Of a stretch of DNA of 64,000 bases, positions 12,701-26,400 are shown one piece after another. The position numbers and the translations under genes are program-made. The stretch spans positions 124,001 to 188,000 of the forward strand of contig OZ237775.1 of NCBI GenBank assembly GCA_965178125.1, written 5' to 3'. The first letter of the stretch is position 1, and every line of letters begins with the position of its first letter. The notes below the pieces were generated by a model. That model saw only the letters and a program-made list of their open reading frames with translations. It did not search any database and had not been told where the DNA came from. The stretch is from Bilabrum cf. latius. Lineage: Eukaryota.

Positions 12701-15004
12701 CTGGGGGGCAGGGCTGGGGGCCTTGACCGTCCGATGGTCCCGCCGGTGCTGCCCATGCACGCCGACTTGGGCCCATCGCAAGGGCAAGGGCAAGGGCAAG
12801 AGACGCGTGGGTATGCCCAGGGACACGGCCGCAGCCTGAGCGAGCGCAAGCCGGGGCTGCCGGGCCGGGGCCGTGGAGGGGGCGGGGGCGGGCGAGGGCG
12901 GCGAGGGAACAAGACGAAGCGGCCGCTGCACCGAGGCAGAGATGCTGCCGCGAGGGACCGTGCCGGAAGCGGTGTGACGAGTGCAGCGGCGAGCCAGGGC
13001 GATGGCGTCCGGTCCTCCTACGATCCGGCCCCGTACAGGTGGACGCCCCGTGTGGACGGGCCGGGCGCCTCCTCCTCCACGGGTGCCTCAGGGAACAACA
13101 AGCAGAAGAGGAGGCGTCCTCGCGGGGCGGATCCCTCCCCCATCCAGCTGGATCGGGTGAGGGGGTCCATCGAGCAGGCGCAGCGGGCGGCGCAGAGGGC
13201 GGGTGCTGCATCTGCCATGGAGGACGAGGCGGGATCCAGGGAACAAGGGGGTGGTGGAAGGGGAGGGGCAAGGGATGCGGGTGTCTCGCCCAGGGGACTG
13301 CACAAGAGAGGCGGCAGCGGCGGGCGGGGCTTGCATTCGCAGTCGCACCCAAACCTCTCGCCCAGACCCCTCCTGGGTGGTGCGGGGCTTCAGCGGGGCG
13401 GGCTGGCCGGGGCTGATGTGGGCAAGGGGCAGGGGAGGAGAAAGGGGGCGGCGGAGGCAGGGCTCCAGGACGGGGTGTGGGGGGGCCAGAAGAGGCCCAG
13501 CGGGACTGGCTCAACGGCTAGTGGGGCACATGGTGGGAACTCCCGGCCAGGGAAAGCGTGGCTGGGGGACTCTGGTGAGGAGGAGGAGGAGGAGGAGGAG
13601 GTGGTGGAGGGCAGGCGAGGCGGTGCAAGAGGAGGAGGGGATGGGGGGGAGCTGAAGCCGCTGTTTGGGAGACGGAAAGCGGGGGGTGCAGGGGGCGCAG
13701 GGGGGGCAGGGGGGGCAAGGAGACAGGTCGACAGCACGTCGTCTGAGGACACAAAATTGGCGGTGGTGGAGGAACTTGGACAGGAGGGTGCGGGTGCATC
13801 GCATGGGGGTGCAGTTGCAGCTCGAGTCAGAGGTCCCTCTCCGCCCGTGGGAGACGACGCTTCCTCAGGGACTGGGACAGGGACTGGGAGGGGGCGGGGC
13901 CGGGGGCATCAGAGGGGCCGCGTGGCTCCGCACCGGCGGAAGCTGCTGGGCCAGGCACAGGAGTAGGGCGTGGCTGTGGGTCAGGGCAGGAGCAAGGGCC
14001 AGGGCCAGGGGCAGGGCAAGGAGCAGAAGGCGAGGCTCAGGCAGCAGGCGGCCATCTACGGGGCGCAGGTGCACCCAGCCGGTGCGCGGCGCCGCGGCGG
14101 AACCAATCAGAGGTCTGGGTCACACAAGCGAAGCGGGGATGGGGATGGTGGCGCCGCGCGTGCGGATCCACTTCAGCCGGTTCCGCACGTGGCCAAGCCT
14201 CGGCCTCAGCTGTCACCTCTGCCTGGTGCTGTTCCCAGGGGCGTGTCACCCGAGGGAACAAGCCAGGGAACAAGCGATCGGATGCAGACTGGACAGGGGC
14301 ACGAATCATGGGACGCAGGTGAGGAAGACCCAGACCCCTACGAGGCTATCGGTCTGTCGGGGCTCGGCGCAGGCTCAGGCATGGGCATGGGCATGGGCAG
14401 TCCGACCGGTGGGCTGGGCTCCCTGGCTTCCCCGTTCCCGCCCCCACCTCCACCAGAGAGCAGCAGGACAACTGGGACCGGTGCGCCGGTTGCAACCGAT
14501 GCTGGATTCCGGGGCGGGGATGCCAGAGGGATGGATGGGGGCAGTGGCAGCGGCAGTGGCAGCGGGAGCCGTCGAGGGTCAGCGGAGTCGCCCAGCGAGC
14601 TTGACAAGCCCAAGACTACTCCGAGGAGGGGAGAGAAAGAGGGCGAGGAGAAGCAAGGGGGCGAGGGTGCATCGCATGGCGGTGTGCACGCTCGACCGAT
14701 CGGTGCGTTGATGTCACCGCCGAGGTCTGAAGGCATGGGTGCATCGCACGGTGGCGTCTCCGGGGAGAGCGGGCTGTGGAATCGGAAGAAATCACCGCTG
14801 CTTGGGGCGCGAGCTGGTGCAGCGAACGAAGGTGCGGGGGAAGGGAAGGACGAGGACGATGACTTTGGGGACGATCTGGATGCGAGCAGGGAGGGGGGCA
14901 TAGGTAGAGGAGGCGAGCACAAGGCGGGCGGGGCAGAGGAAGAGGCAGGAGCCAGTAGCAGCGGCAGTGGGCCTGACCTTGCCCCAGGGCAGGACATGAT
15001 CTGA
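9734..15004 (+). CDS. Kinesin-8 family (KIF18/KIF19-like) motor with coiled coil and long Gly-rich low-complexity tail
   Basis: NILVAVRVRP, P-loop YGATGAGKT, SSRSH, DLAGSE, EGANINRSLLALGNVINAL, YRDSKLTRLLKDSLGGN, ETLNTLKYANRAKNIK. ORFs 9554-12499, 12596-13966 and 13970-15004 join via 7 TAGs and end at TGA. Alternative start at ATG 9662. Confidence 0.9.
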
Positions 15005-15247
15005 GATTGATGCAGGGGAGTGGGTACGGCATAGATGGCACAGTTGGAATGAGTCTGTATCGTATGTGAAATTCTAATTGGGCATAGCTTGCATACATCT
15101 AGTCACGAAGATGGGTTGTTCTTGGAATGGCGAGTTCAACGTTCGGTTTCTCGCGGACCAGTCCGCGCGACCGTAGACCGGAACAAGGCCTCGTAACGGC
15201 TCGAGCCAAGCTCGCGCTAATGATACAATCGTGTTGCCGCTGGCGAT

Positions 15248-17788
15248 ATGTCGAACCCTATGCATTTCCCAAACAATCGTGTACTGCATTGTGTATCGGA
15301 TGACGGGCGAAACAGCTTGAAGAACCTTGCCCGTGGGACCATTGTGGTGAGCACCACAGCGGCCAACCTGTCGATTCTGTTGCAGCATGCCTTGTGTCTT
15401 GATCATTTTCTCGCACAACTCGTCTGAAGCACTCTATCATAGTATACCCTTGATTGATAAGCTGCTAGGATTCTGCGATCGGATCGTACTGGTTTTGCTA
15501 CCGCGGTGCTCGGGTCATGGGCAGCAGTCGTCATTCACTTTGTACACCAGCGCGCCACGCAAACTGTATCTTCACGAACGTTTTATTGCATTCACTATAT
15601 TTCTTATCATGTACAGGTACTCATGTACTACGGCTCGACGTGCCGCGCGTGCCGCCGACTTGCACCAGCTCTGCTCCGTCTGGCGCAGGAACCGGGCGTG
15701 CTCTGCGCCGATGCTGAGGTGACTGCGCGCGAGGGAATGGTCAAGAGCGCAAAGGCCGAGGAGTTCCCATTCATTGAGATATTTCGCAACAGCTCCAGCA
15801 ACCCCGAGCAGCTCACGGCCCCGAACGAGGAATAGCTCCTCGAGGCCGTCTCTAAGGCGCTGGGCAGGCCACTCGTCACAGGGGGCGTGGGCGGTAAGGG
15901 AGCGCGTCAGCCACGCCCACAAGAATAGTTGCAAGCCGCGGGCACCGCTGCCCCTGGCTCTGCTCCTGGATTCGCCGGTGGTGCCACGAACCCGGCGGCT
16001 GTGGTCCCCAAGGCGAGCGGCGGCAGCAGCGGGGCCGCAGGATCAGGGACAGGGAACAGCGGCGGGGGCAAGGGCCAGGGCTAGGGCCAGGCACCTGCTG
16101 ACCTCTACCCTCAGGGACCGCTGCCAGCATCGGATGCGGTGAACATGGATCCAAAGTACCCTGGGCTCCTCGGGTTGGTGACGGTGGTGGTTTCACTGGC
16201 CCTGTCACTGTACGACATATACGCGGACATTCTGGTGATCGACCGGATCAGGAGGGTGAACGGTTGGTGCAAGAGAGGGGAGGACGCGGGGGCCATCGGG
16301 CTGCCCATGCCCACTGGGCCCGGCTGGGATCAAGAGACCATCGTCGACATTGGCTCCTTCTTGCCGTGCTCCAGCAACGAGGTGGGGGCCTGCAACGTGA
16401 TCCGCGAGTGGCAGCAGGACCCTTCCTCCATCGGGGGCAACCAGCTGCCCAACCCCAATGCAATCATATACGCCGCAATGAAGTGCACCCAGGAGGACCA
16501 GGATGACGCGCTCTGCTACCCCGTCCAGACGGCGGACTTCTCCCCGGGCCGCAACGAGAGCTCCAAATTCCACTCTCCCAATGCCACCCGGGGGTTCGAG
16601 GCCGGGAGTGCGCAGTGGGACATGCTGTGCGACGATTGGATTTGCAATGCGGTGCAGCCTGGCGTGCTGAGCCAGGTGCAGGCGGCTCGTGCCGGCGGTC
16701 TGGAAGGGGTGCTGACCCCTCAGTGCGAGGTCTGTGGCAAGGCGTGGAGGCAGGCCAACATGGCGGGCGAGAGCACGAACAACGATCCAGCCACGTACAT
16801 GCTCCGATCAGATGACTGGTGCCGGATCGATGCCTCAGCGGGGGAAGAGGACGGCAACGGTGGCTTCGGTGACCTGCCGGCGGTCGGTGGCCAGGACAAG
16901 TTCGGGTGTCCCTCCTCTGTGTGGAGAGGAGAGTACGTTCTAGGGGGGGCTGTGCTGATCCTGCTGCTCTCGCTCTGGATGCAGGCGGGGCAGTGCGTGA
17001 CGAGCATAAACGAGCTCAGGTGGTCGCTCTGCTGCTACCCCGTTGCGAAGTCCTCCACGATGCCCGAGCTCATGCCCAATGGGAGTGACGTGCGACCACT
17101 ATGCGCGGCCGCCTGCCAGCCGTGGGCCACCCCTCGCGTGGACGTGCCCTAGTACAAGTGCTTCCAGGCACTGTTCACCACCTTCGTGGTCATTGTGGAA
17201 GACGTGCCGCAGATCTCGCTGGCCATCTATGTCTTCAACGCCCCGCTGCCCTGTTTCACCAACGCGCTCGAGCCCATCCCGGGGACTGTCCTCGCCAACA
17301 AGCTGATCGCCGCCGGGCTGGCTGCTTTCTTCACGTGCTTAAAGGCGGCGGTTATGCTCTATTGGACGCTCAGGCAGCACCGGATAGCGCGCGAGGAGGC
17401 CGAGAAGAAAGCAGCCGAGGTGGCCAAGCGGTGCAGCGGCAACACTGGTCGTCAGCTGCTGGTGGATCCCAAGGAGAACACCTTCGGGTTCGATGAGCAC
17501 ACGAGCAAGGACGTGGAGCTGGATTTCCTCACCAACTACGTGAGCGCTTTGGGGTCTTTCTCCCTCCTTGGGTCCTGCGTGGCCATTCTAATCCTGGCTC
17601 CGCCTGGGGATACCATGCCCGGGGATTCAACCAACACCGTGTACGTGATCGTGGTGGCGGTGTATCTCACGATGGTGGTGGCGCTGGGGTCGGCCAAGAA
17701 CGTGCTGAAGTGCTGCGCCAGCTGCACGGGCGTGGACCACATCGACGACAAGAAGCTCGAGGGTATCGATGGCTCGGGGCTCGTGTGA
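15248..17788 (+). CDS. N-terminal thioredoxin-like domain (CRAC) fused to multi-pass membrane domain with XK-like motifs
   Basis: Exon 1 15248-15346, predicted intron 15347-15616 (GTGAGC..TACAG), giving ..LARGTIV|VLMYYGSTCRACRRLAP..FPFIEIFRN. TAGs at 15833, 15926, 16082, 17150. TM1 SLYDIYADILV, Cys-rich loop, then VEDVPQISLAIY and further TMs; ends TGA. Confidence 0.65.
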
Positions 17789-18111
17789 CCTGGCTATCTG
17801 GGCCGCACGGCGGTCAGTTTGTCCTGCGTGTGGAAGGTGCAGTGAATTGTAGTGCCAGCTTTTCGCTGTTCCGCTGGGATAGCGTCTGTCAGTCGGAATG
17901 AGCGCACCTGTGCAATGCACACATAATAATAGCTTCGGCTTTCCAACATTGCATCCTCATTCCACGACGCAGCTGTTACGGGAACATCAATCGCGACCTT
18001 GTCTGATACCAAATTGGTCGCAATGTTCTACTCGTCATCGCTTCGATTGGGAGCTGATGGCAGCTGATTTGGAAGTGATTGGTTAGAGTTGGCCGCACTA
18101 ACGTGTCCAAA

Positions 18112-20580
18112 ATGAGCGGATGCTGGGAGTGGATCATGTCATTAGGAACAGGCGTCCACATGACAATAACCTGTCTAATCGGTGCGGGTGCAGGCATCCT
18201 CCTCTCGATGGCAGACCCGTCGGAAGATGCTGCTTCCTGGATTGGGCTGCCGGGATACATTTTCTTGCGCATTCTGCAGGCGATTGTAGTACCACTAATC
18301 GCCTGTGCAATGATATTAGGTGTACAACAGCTCATGCAGATCAAGGAGGGCTACATCGCGGGGAGGGCAGCGGCTTACTACGCCATCACGACAATTATTG
18401 CAGCAACCGAGGGATTGCTTGTGTTCAGCGCATTTCGGTCAACCTTTGAGGCCGAGAGTGCCGATACAGATACCCCTCAGGAAACTCTCGAGATAAAGTG
18501 CCCGCCAGGAGCTGGCAGGGTCGAGCGATTCCTGGCTCCAGTGACACTCGCGTCCCCGCAGATGGACGAGGGCGGGCTAACAGTGTCTGCGTGCCTTACC
18601 GAAGAGCAGGCCAACCGCATGGCAATTGATATGATCAGTGGAAGCAGCACCGTGAATTCCACCGAGTTCCCCCCGCAATGGGCGGTGGATCCCAGCGGCG
18701 ATGTGCTCGCACTCCAAGAGGTGCCCGAATCGCAGACCATCACGCAGACGCTCGTCGGAGTGTTCGAGCAAGTGTTCCCGTCCAACATTGTGGAGGTCTT
18801 TGCCCTTCCCTCGATCCTGGGGGTGATCGCGGTGGGCCTGGCCGTGGGTTCGCTGGCAGTGGCTCTCAAGATCAGGCAGGAAGCGGGAGCCAAGGCGAGG
18901 GCAGTGAGGCGGTTGCTCGTACAAGAGGAGCAAGTACTCCGCAGCCAGCTGCTCCACTCGAGCGAGGGCGGGCCAGCACAGAAGCCAGATGCAGTATTTG
19001 CGAGGGACGCAGACGGCAAGGAGGACGCACCCGGCACAGCCCCTGGCGGAGCAGCGCTGACACGCCCGTCAACTGCAGCAGGCCACGGCAAAGGAAAGCC
19101 TGAGCCAGGCACCGTTGGTCACACACATGGGGGGCACTGCAAGCCCCGTCTGACCGGCACCGCCATCGTTCCCTCTAACGTGATCCTAGACATTGCCACC
19201 CAGCTGAACGCCATGCTCACCAACATGCTGGCCCCCATGATCCAAGGAGCGCCGCTGGCCGTGGCCTTCCTGGTCTGCAGCGCCCTGCTGGATGTGGAGG
19301 ACATCGGAGAGCTGTTCAAGGGCCTGGGGCTGCTCATCGCCGCGAATGTGTGCGGGCTTGCTCTGCACGCCCTGGTGGTGCTCCCATTCGTGTACTGGCT
19401 GGTCACGGGAGAGGTCCCCTATCAGTACATGCGGCAAAATGCACCCGCGCTCACGTTTGCCTTTGGGAGCGCATCCAGCGGGGCCACCCTTCCGCTCACT
19501 GTGCGCTGCATCGAGGCCAGCGGAGTTCCAACCGGGGTTGCTCGATCTGTGGCTGCATGGGGTGCCACGATTTCGATGGACGGGGCAGCGATTTACTACA
19601 GCATTTCGGTGCTGTGGATGGCCCAAGTGAGCGGCATGAGCGGCGACATCGACGCGGGCTCTTTCCTGCGGGTGGCACTCATGGCCACCGTGGGGTCGGT
19701 GGGGTCTTCTCCCATCCCGAATGCCGGGCTGATCCTGCTGCTGACCGTGTGGCAAGGCGTGTTCCGCGGCGTGCCTCTGCCGTCACAGGTGGCATATTTG
19801 TACAGCCTCGATTGGCTGCTGGATCGCTGCATCACAGTGTCGAATGTGCTCGGTGATACCTTGGTGTGCCGCGCCATCGCCATCCAGGCTGGTCTGGTGG
19901 AGCCCGGTGTGCTGCTGGAGCCCACGACCAGAGAGAACCTGGCAGGGGGCTTGTCATCGTCGAAAGGCCACACCACGTCTAGCCATCGAACTAGCGACGG
20001 ACGCTCTTCTCATGCCCATGCTGACCCGGCCAGGGTGAGGAGATAGTCAAAGCTGGAGGAAAGTCGCGGCAATGCCGAAGGGCTGGCCTCGTCTGACTCC
20101 CTTGGTTCTTTGCCTTCCAGCCAGCTGAGCAGCACCACATCTGGGCGGGACGGGGATGGGGCCGGTCTGCACGACGATTTGAGCGTGCTCGGCCTCCCAC
20201 TGATAGCTGTGGCAAAGCGGAAGCCGAGGACGGGCAGCGTTCGGTCCAGGATCGAGGTGAGCATCGAGGTGATGGACAGGGGGGAAGACCAGGTTATGGG
20301 GCTCCTGGACTCGCAGGACTCTGGGTTGCTGCAGGAACTCGAGAGGGAGGCCCTGGGCATGCCCCCGGAGGAACCAGCGAGCAAGATGGGCTCGATGACG
20401 TCCGGTGGGCAGAGCGGGGCAGAGGCAGACGAGGGCCCCAACCTCGGGCCGGGGGCTGCAGCCATGGAGACTCGTAGCGGAGAGGCCCCTTCTTCCGTCC
20501 AAGTCGAGCTGACTACTCGGACATCTGCGCCAGTGGAGCTGGCATCAGGCCGAGAGGGCGACATTGAGTCGGGCCGGTGA
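18112..20580 (+). CDS. SLC1/DAACS (sodium:dicarboxylate/amino acid symporter) family transporter, copy 1
   Basis: PGYIFLRILQAIVVPLI, FPSNIV, AFGSASSGATLP, GATISMDG, SVGSSPIPNAG, DWLLDRCITVSNVLGD. TAG 20044 read through to TGA 20578-20580. Confidence 0.9.
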
Positions 20581-20583
20581 CCG

Positions 20584-20680
20584 CGCCAATCCGAACGAGC
20601 CGACACGTTTGACCAGGTAACAAGTATGGATCGCCAATCCGGACGAGCCGACACGTTTGACCAAGTAAACAAGCATGGAT
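20584..20680. repeat. Direct repeat of about 48 bp, two copies, in the convergent intergenic gap
   Basis: CGCCAATCCG[A/G]ACGAGCCGACACGTTTGACCA..ACAAG[T/C]ATGGAT occurs twice in tandem. Confidence 0.85.
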
Positions 20681-20755
20681 GTAGCTAGATACAACACGCA
20701 AATAAGCACGGTGTCGACTCCTGAATTGCGATACACCATCCTGGATATCCCAGGA

Positions 20756-23215
20756 TCACACCTGCTCCTCTATGGACCCAGAGGGCGAGGACTGGATCGA
20801 ATCAGCCTGCTGTTCGCTGGCTGCTGCTGCCGCCAGCAGCGGGTTTGGAGAGGCGTGGTTGGATCCTGGTGTTGCGGGCGACCCGCGACCAATCACCACG
20901 CCTCCCCTTGCACTTGCGATCCGCGCAGCCCGTGGATTCGGGCCGTTCCCACCAACTTCGGCCGAGGACGATGATTTCTGATCTGCCCCCCCATCCCGCT
21001 CCACCGGTGGACTCAGCGGAGCCCAGCCCGCTACACGGGGCCCCTGCCTCACCGGGGACCCACTGGCATCCTTCCCACCCTCCTCCCTTTCGCTCTCTTC
21101 CCACTACTCACCACCCACTGCCTGCCCCTGGCTCAAGGCCCGCAAAATGCCCACAGCTCTGTCAGAATCATGGCCCAAGTCCTCATGATCCGCTGCATGT
21201 GACCCATCGATCGTCTCCAGATGCACCTGTATTGTCCCTCTCGCAGACCGAGTGGCCACTGCCACTTGCGGCATCCCGATCAGGCTCATGTCATCGTCCA
21301 AGGAGTCAGGAGGGGGCGCGCCTGTCCCTGTACATGCACCTGCGCCTGTTCTTGACTTTGAGGCAGACCCGGTGTCAGGTCTCGAGGAGACACCGCTTGC
21401 TGCATCGCTGCCTGCCATGCAAGTGCCAGTGCCACCAGCATACTGCTCGCTGGTGCTTTCTCGCCCGAGCACCCCGCTCTCGCCTTTGACCACCCCGCCT
21501 GCCTTGATCGGATCAACTCCACTCCCGCTCCCATGGTTGACGCTGTCCCTGTCGCCGAAATCCCCAGGCTTGACGAGCCCAGCCCCGATGGCCACGGCTC
21601 TGGCAACCATGGCATCGCCAGAGACATTCACGACGGTGATGAACCGATCCAGCAGCCAATCGAGGCTGTACAGGTACGCCACCTCAGCTGGTAGGGCAAA
21701 CCCGCGGAACACGCCCTGCCACACGGTCAGCAGCAGGATCAGCCCGGCATTCGGGATGGGAGAAGACCCCACCGACCCCACAGTGGCCATGAGTGCAGCT
21801 CGCAGGTAGGCACCGGGCCCAATCTCAGAGCCAAGCCCGCTCACCTGTGCCATCCAGAGCACCGATATACTGAAGTACATCCCCGATCCGTCCATGTTGG
21901 ACACGGCCCCGATCGAGGCGACTGACCGCGCCACTCCCGGCGGTACACCGCTCGACTCGATGCACTTGATGGTCACCGGTAGGGTGGCGCCGCTGGAGGC
22001 GCATCCGAACGCGAACGTCATGGCAGGCACGTTCCCCTTCATGTATTCGAACGGGTTCTCTCCCGTGACCAGCCAGTAGGCCAGGGGCACTACCACCAGG
22101 GCGTGCAGTAGGTATGCAGTCAGGTTGGCAGCCACCAGCAGACCCAGGCTCTCAAACAGCGCTCCGATGTCCTCCACATCCAGCAGGGCGCTGCAGACCA
22201 GGAAGCCCACGGCAATGGGGGCCAGTGTGATGATCCGTGTGACGAGTCCCATGAGCATGGAGTTGAGCTGCCCCGCCAGGTCGAGGATGGCGTTGGGTGG
22301 GACGTGTGCCCGGCCCTCAGCAGCCGGCTGCTGCTGCCGCTGCATGTTGCGAGTATCCGGGTCAGTGGCCCGAACCCGAGGAAAAGGAAGAGGACCTGCG
22401 GCGGCCGATGCTGCTTTCTCTGCCTGCTCTGCAGATGCTTCATGGCAGCGGCTGGTGTGCGCCGACTCCGCGGAGAGCAGGCCCTGTACGGCTCTCGCCT
22501 TGGCTCCCGCTTCCTGCCTGATCTTGAGAGCCACTGCCAGTGAACCCACGGCCAGGCCCACTGCGATCACCCCCAGGATCGAGGGAAGGGCAAACACCTC
22601 CATAATGTTGGACGGGAACACTTGCTCAAACACTCCGACGAGCGTCTACGTGATGGTCTGCGACTGAGGCGGCTGCTTGAGCAGGATTTCATTCCCGCTG
22701 GGCATGACTGGCCACCTGAACTGAGTGTCCTGATCTTCATCGAAAACCTGGCATGTTGGAGCAGCATTGACAGCCGAATTCGATTGGGCCAAGTATAGCT
22801 CATTATCTTCGCTACTCCTAGGACACTGGATCAGCATGACTTCTTGTTCGTCGATTGGGTCGGGGCGGTCCGCCCTAAAAGTGGACTGGAACGCCGCAAA
22901 AAGAAGGAGCCCTTCCATGGTTGAAGCTATGGTAGTAAATCCGTAGAACAGTGCAGCCCTGCTTGCTATTTGCCCCTCCTTGATCCTCATTAGTTGTCGA
23001 ACCCCCATTATCATAGCGCAAGCGATCAAAGGAACCACGATAGCCTGCAAGACACGGAGGAAAATGTTCCCGGGCAAACCGATCCAGGCCGCCGCATCGT
23101 CAGATGGTTTGGCCAGCGACAACAGCAGGCCAGCGGTTGTTCCAAGCACGCAAGTGATCGCCATATGGACGCCTGTCCCGAGGCCAATGAACTGCCTCCA
23201 GCACTCCATCGCCAT
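20756..23215 (-). CDS. SLC1/DAACS family transporter, copy 2 (inverted paralog)
   Basis: Same motifs (AFGCASSGATLP, GAVSNMDGS, DWLLDRFITVVNVSGD). ORFs 22646-23215, 21104-22633 and 20756-21052 join via TAGs 22646 and 21104; ends TGA 20756-20758. Confidence 0.9.
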
Positions 23216-23409
23216 CGATTACAAGATGTGCGCTACCGGGTCAAATTCAGATAATAGAAACAGAGCACAGCACCCCCTCTGTGGCGTATTTGCGGGCCCT
23301 AATGATTCGATCCCAGGATCCAGCCACCAAGATGGGTGCAGCCCACGATACTTCCTGGAGAATGCACCCACCGTTCTTTGCAGCTGTAAATTACCCATCT
23401 CGTTGTCAT

Positions 23410-26400
23410 ATGAACGTGGTAGTACTCATTTTTGCATTCGTAGGTGCTGGCACGCTTGCTGCGCAGCCCGCTCCTTCGGAAGGAGATGGAATCTAGCTGT
23501 TTGTCTGTCTGCCTGGGTCAAGTGCACAGTCGTGGCATTTGGAAAGCGGACCGTGAGAATTATGAACAAGCACGGATATTCCTACGCTCTTCCAGCCTAC
23601 AACTTGGCCGCATGAACGGTACTGCCCGATGAAGACTGTGTCTTCGGTGGAACAGTAGCTGATTTGTTGATCGGGAATGTCTGCCAGGACAACGTGTTGT
23701 GCTTCAAGTTGCCGATCTATTTTGTTCTCGCAGGTATCCGAATTCTCGTTTTCTCTTGGCGGGCTCGACACCACAGCTGACCCTTGATATCACCAACTGG
23801 TCGAATGCAACCGGTGCTAACTTGCACCTGTTTACGCTTACCAACACCGCCTGGAACCAGCAGTGGAACTACAGCGCATCGACACAGAATATCGTGTCCA
23901 AGATGAACGGCCACTGCTTGGACATTTCTGGAGTTGTAGCTGCCGGGACTCCAGTGGTCTTGAACCCGTGCAACGGGAAGGATACACAGAAATGGAACTA
24001 CGACGCGTCCTCTGGCAAGGTTACAACCGCATCTAATTCCTCCATCTGCATGGACGGCGGGTCATCTTTCAACTGCAGCAATTTCCCGGACCGCCCGTAT
24101 TGCAACCCGGACTTGCCGACCGAGCAGCGGCTGGACGATCTGGTGCCCAGGGTCACCCCGCTGCAGGCCGCAGGGATGCTGCAGGGGTATCATTCAACTG
24201 GAGATGTTCTGCTAGGTGTGCCGGTTATGAAGTTCGCAGAGGCGCTTCACGGCCCGCTGTGTCTGTGCGGCGCGGCCTCTGGTCCCGATTCCACCGGGTG
24301 CCCCACCTCCTTCCCGCACGCACTCGTCACAGGGGCCACGTTCAACCGCACCCTGTGGAGGTCCATGGCGACTGCCATCTCGTACGAAGCCCGATCGCTG
24401 GGCAACCAGGGGAAGTGGGGCACTGGGCTGGCCTGGGCTCCCGATATCAACCTGTTCCGTGACCCGCGCTGGGGCAGGGGACAGGAGGTGCCCGGGGAGG
24501 ACCCAGTGCTCAACTCGGAGTATGCTTTTGAGTACGTCACCGGGCTGCAGGGGATTGATGACGAGGACTACATCCGGGTGGTGGCAACACCCAAGCACTT
24601 CTCCGCCTACGATCTCGAGAACTGGAACGGCACCCAGAGGTACGACTTCAACGCCATCGTGACATACGGCGAGCTGGTGGAGTATTTCTGGCCCGCGTTC
24701 CGGTCTGCATTCGAGCGCGGGCAGGCGCAGAGCACCATGTGCAGCTACAACGCAGTGACGGTGCGCAACCAGACCCACGCGACCACCGGCATCCCTTCGT
24801 GCGCGAACGGGTTCTTCAACAACGGCATCATCCGAGGGGAGTGGGGTTTCAATGGATTCATCACGTCCGAGTGAGTCTACCTGCAGTCGTGTACTCTCGC
24901 CGTTTGCTTTGGTGAATCTAATTGCAGTCATGTACTCTCGCCGTTTGCTTTGGTGAATCTTGCGCCACTGATCCAGCTGAAGCCCGGCACACCCTCTTGC
25001 ACTTTGCTCCTGTCTGCCCTTCCCTTACTGTCGCAGCTGCAGCGCCATCAGCAATATCTTGTACAATCACCACTACACGAATACGACAAGTGGGACTGTG
25101 CGAGCCGCCATGCAGCAGGGTGGCACTGATGTTGATTGCGGGAGCTTCTATCGCGATCACCTTGCGCCTGTAAGTAGAGTGCGCCCGTCCCGTTCGCGAC
25201 GGTGCGATCATGCTCCAGTGATACGCATTGAGGGCAGGGCTACCCAATCAATACACATACTATGATGCGTTCTAAAGCCTATTGCACGCGCACTCATTGT
25301 AGTTCTCTCTTGGTCCTCCGCAGGCTGTCGAAGACGGCAATGTGACCACCCCCGCGCTGCAGACAGCCATCCGCAATTTCCTCCGGCAGGTGATCCGACT
25401 GGGTGCGATGGATCCGCCCGAGAGAAACCCCTACCTGCAGCTGGGGCCAGAGGTAGTGGACACGCCCGCCCATCGAGAACTGGCCCTGGACGCGGCACGG
25501 CAGGGCATCATCCTGCTCCAGAACCAGGGTGGGGTGCTGCCACTGGACGCGTCCAAGCTGTCCTCTATTGCCATGATCGGCCCCCATGCAAACGCATCGC
25601 AGGACATGCTATCCAATTACCACGGACTGAACTTTTTGGTTAATTCTCACACCCCTCTGCTTGCTATGCAGGCCGCGTTGCCCCAAGCATCAATCCAGTA
25701 CGCGCAGGGCTGCGATGTCGCATGCAACTCTACAGGTGGTTTTGACCAGGCAGTATCAGCCGCAAAATCAGCGGATGCCATCGTCGTGTTCCTTGGAATA
25801 TGCGATGACCAGGAGAATGAAGGTCACGACAGGACGTCCATCGACCTGCCGGGTCACCAGCTGGAGCTGCTGCAGCAGGTGGCGCAGACGGCGGGGGCCA
25901 AGCCGCTTGTTGTGGTCTACATCCACGGCGGGGTGCTGGGGGATTCATGGGTCAAAGCCAATGTGCCCGCCATCGTGGACGCGCACTACCCCGGGGAGCT
26001 CGGAGGGGACGCCATCGCTGAGGTGCTGCTGGGGCAGACCAACCCGAGCGGGCGAGTGACCACCACCTGGTACGCGAGCGACATCACCAGCAAGCGATCC
26101 ATGTTCGACATGAGCATCAAGCCGCACGATGACGTGCCCGGGCTGACGTACATGTTCTACGGGCCCGAAGACGGGGCCATGTGGGAATTCGGGGACGGCC
26201 TGTCCTACACCACCTTCGACGTGCAATGGGCCTCCGGGGTTGGGGCTACACCTATGGCTGTGGCGGGGACCGATGTGGCCAGCGGTGTGTAGGACATGTC
26301 GTACACGGTAACTGTGACCAACACTGGCTCTGTGGCGGGGGCGTGGAGCGTGCTCGGCTTCGTGACCCCAACAGGGGGTGAGGGGCTGCGGGTGTCCGGT

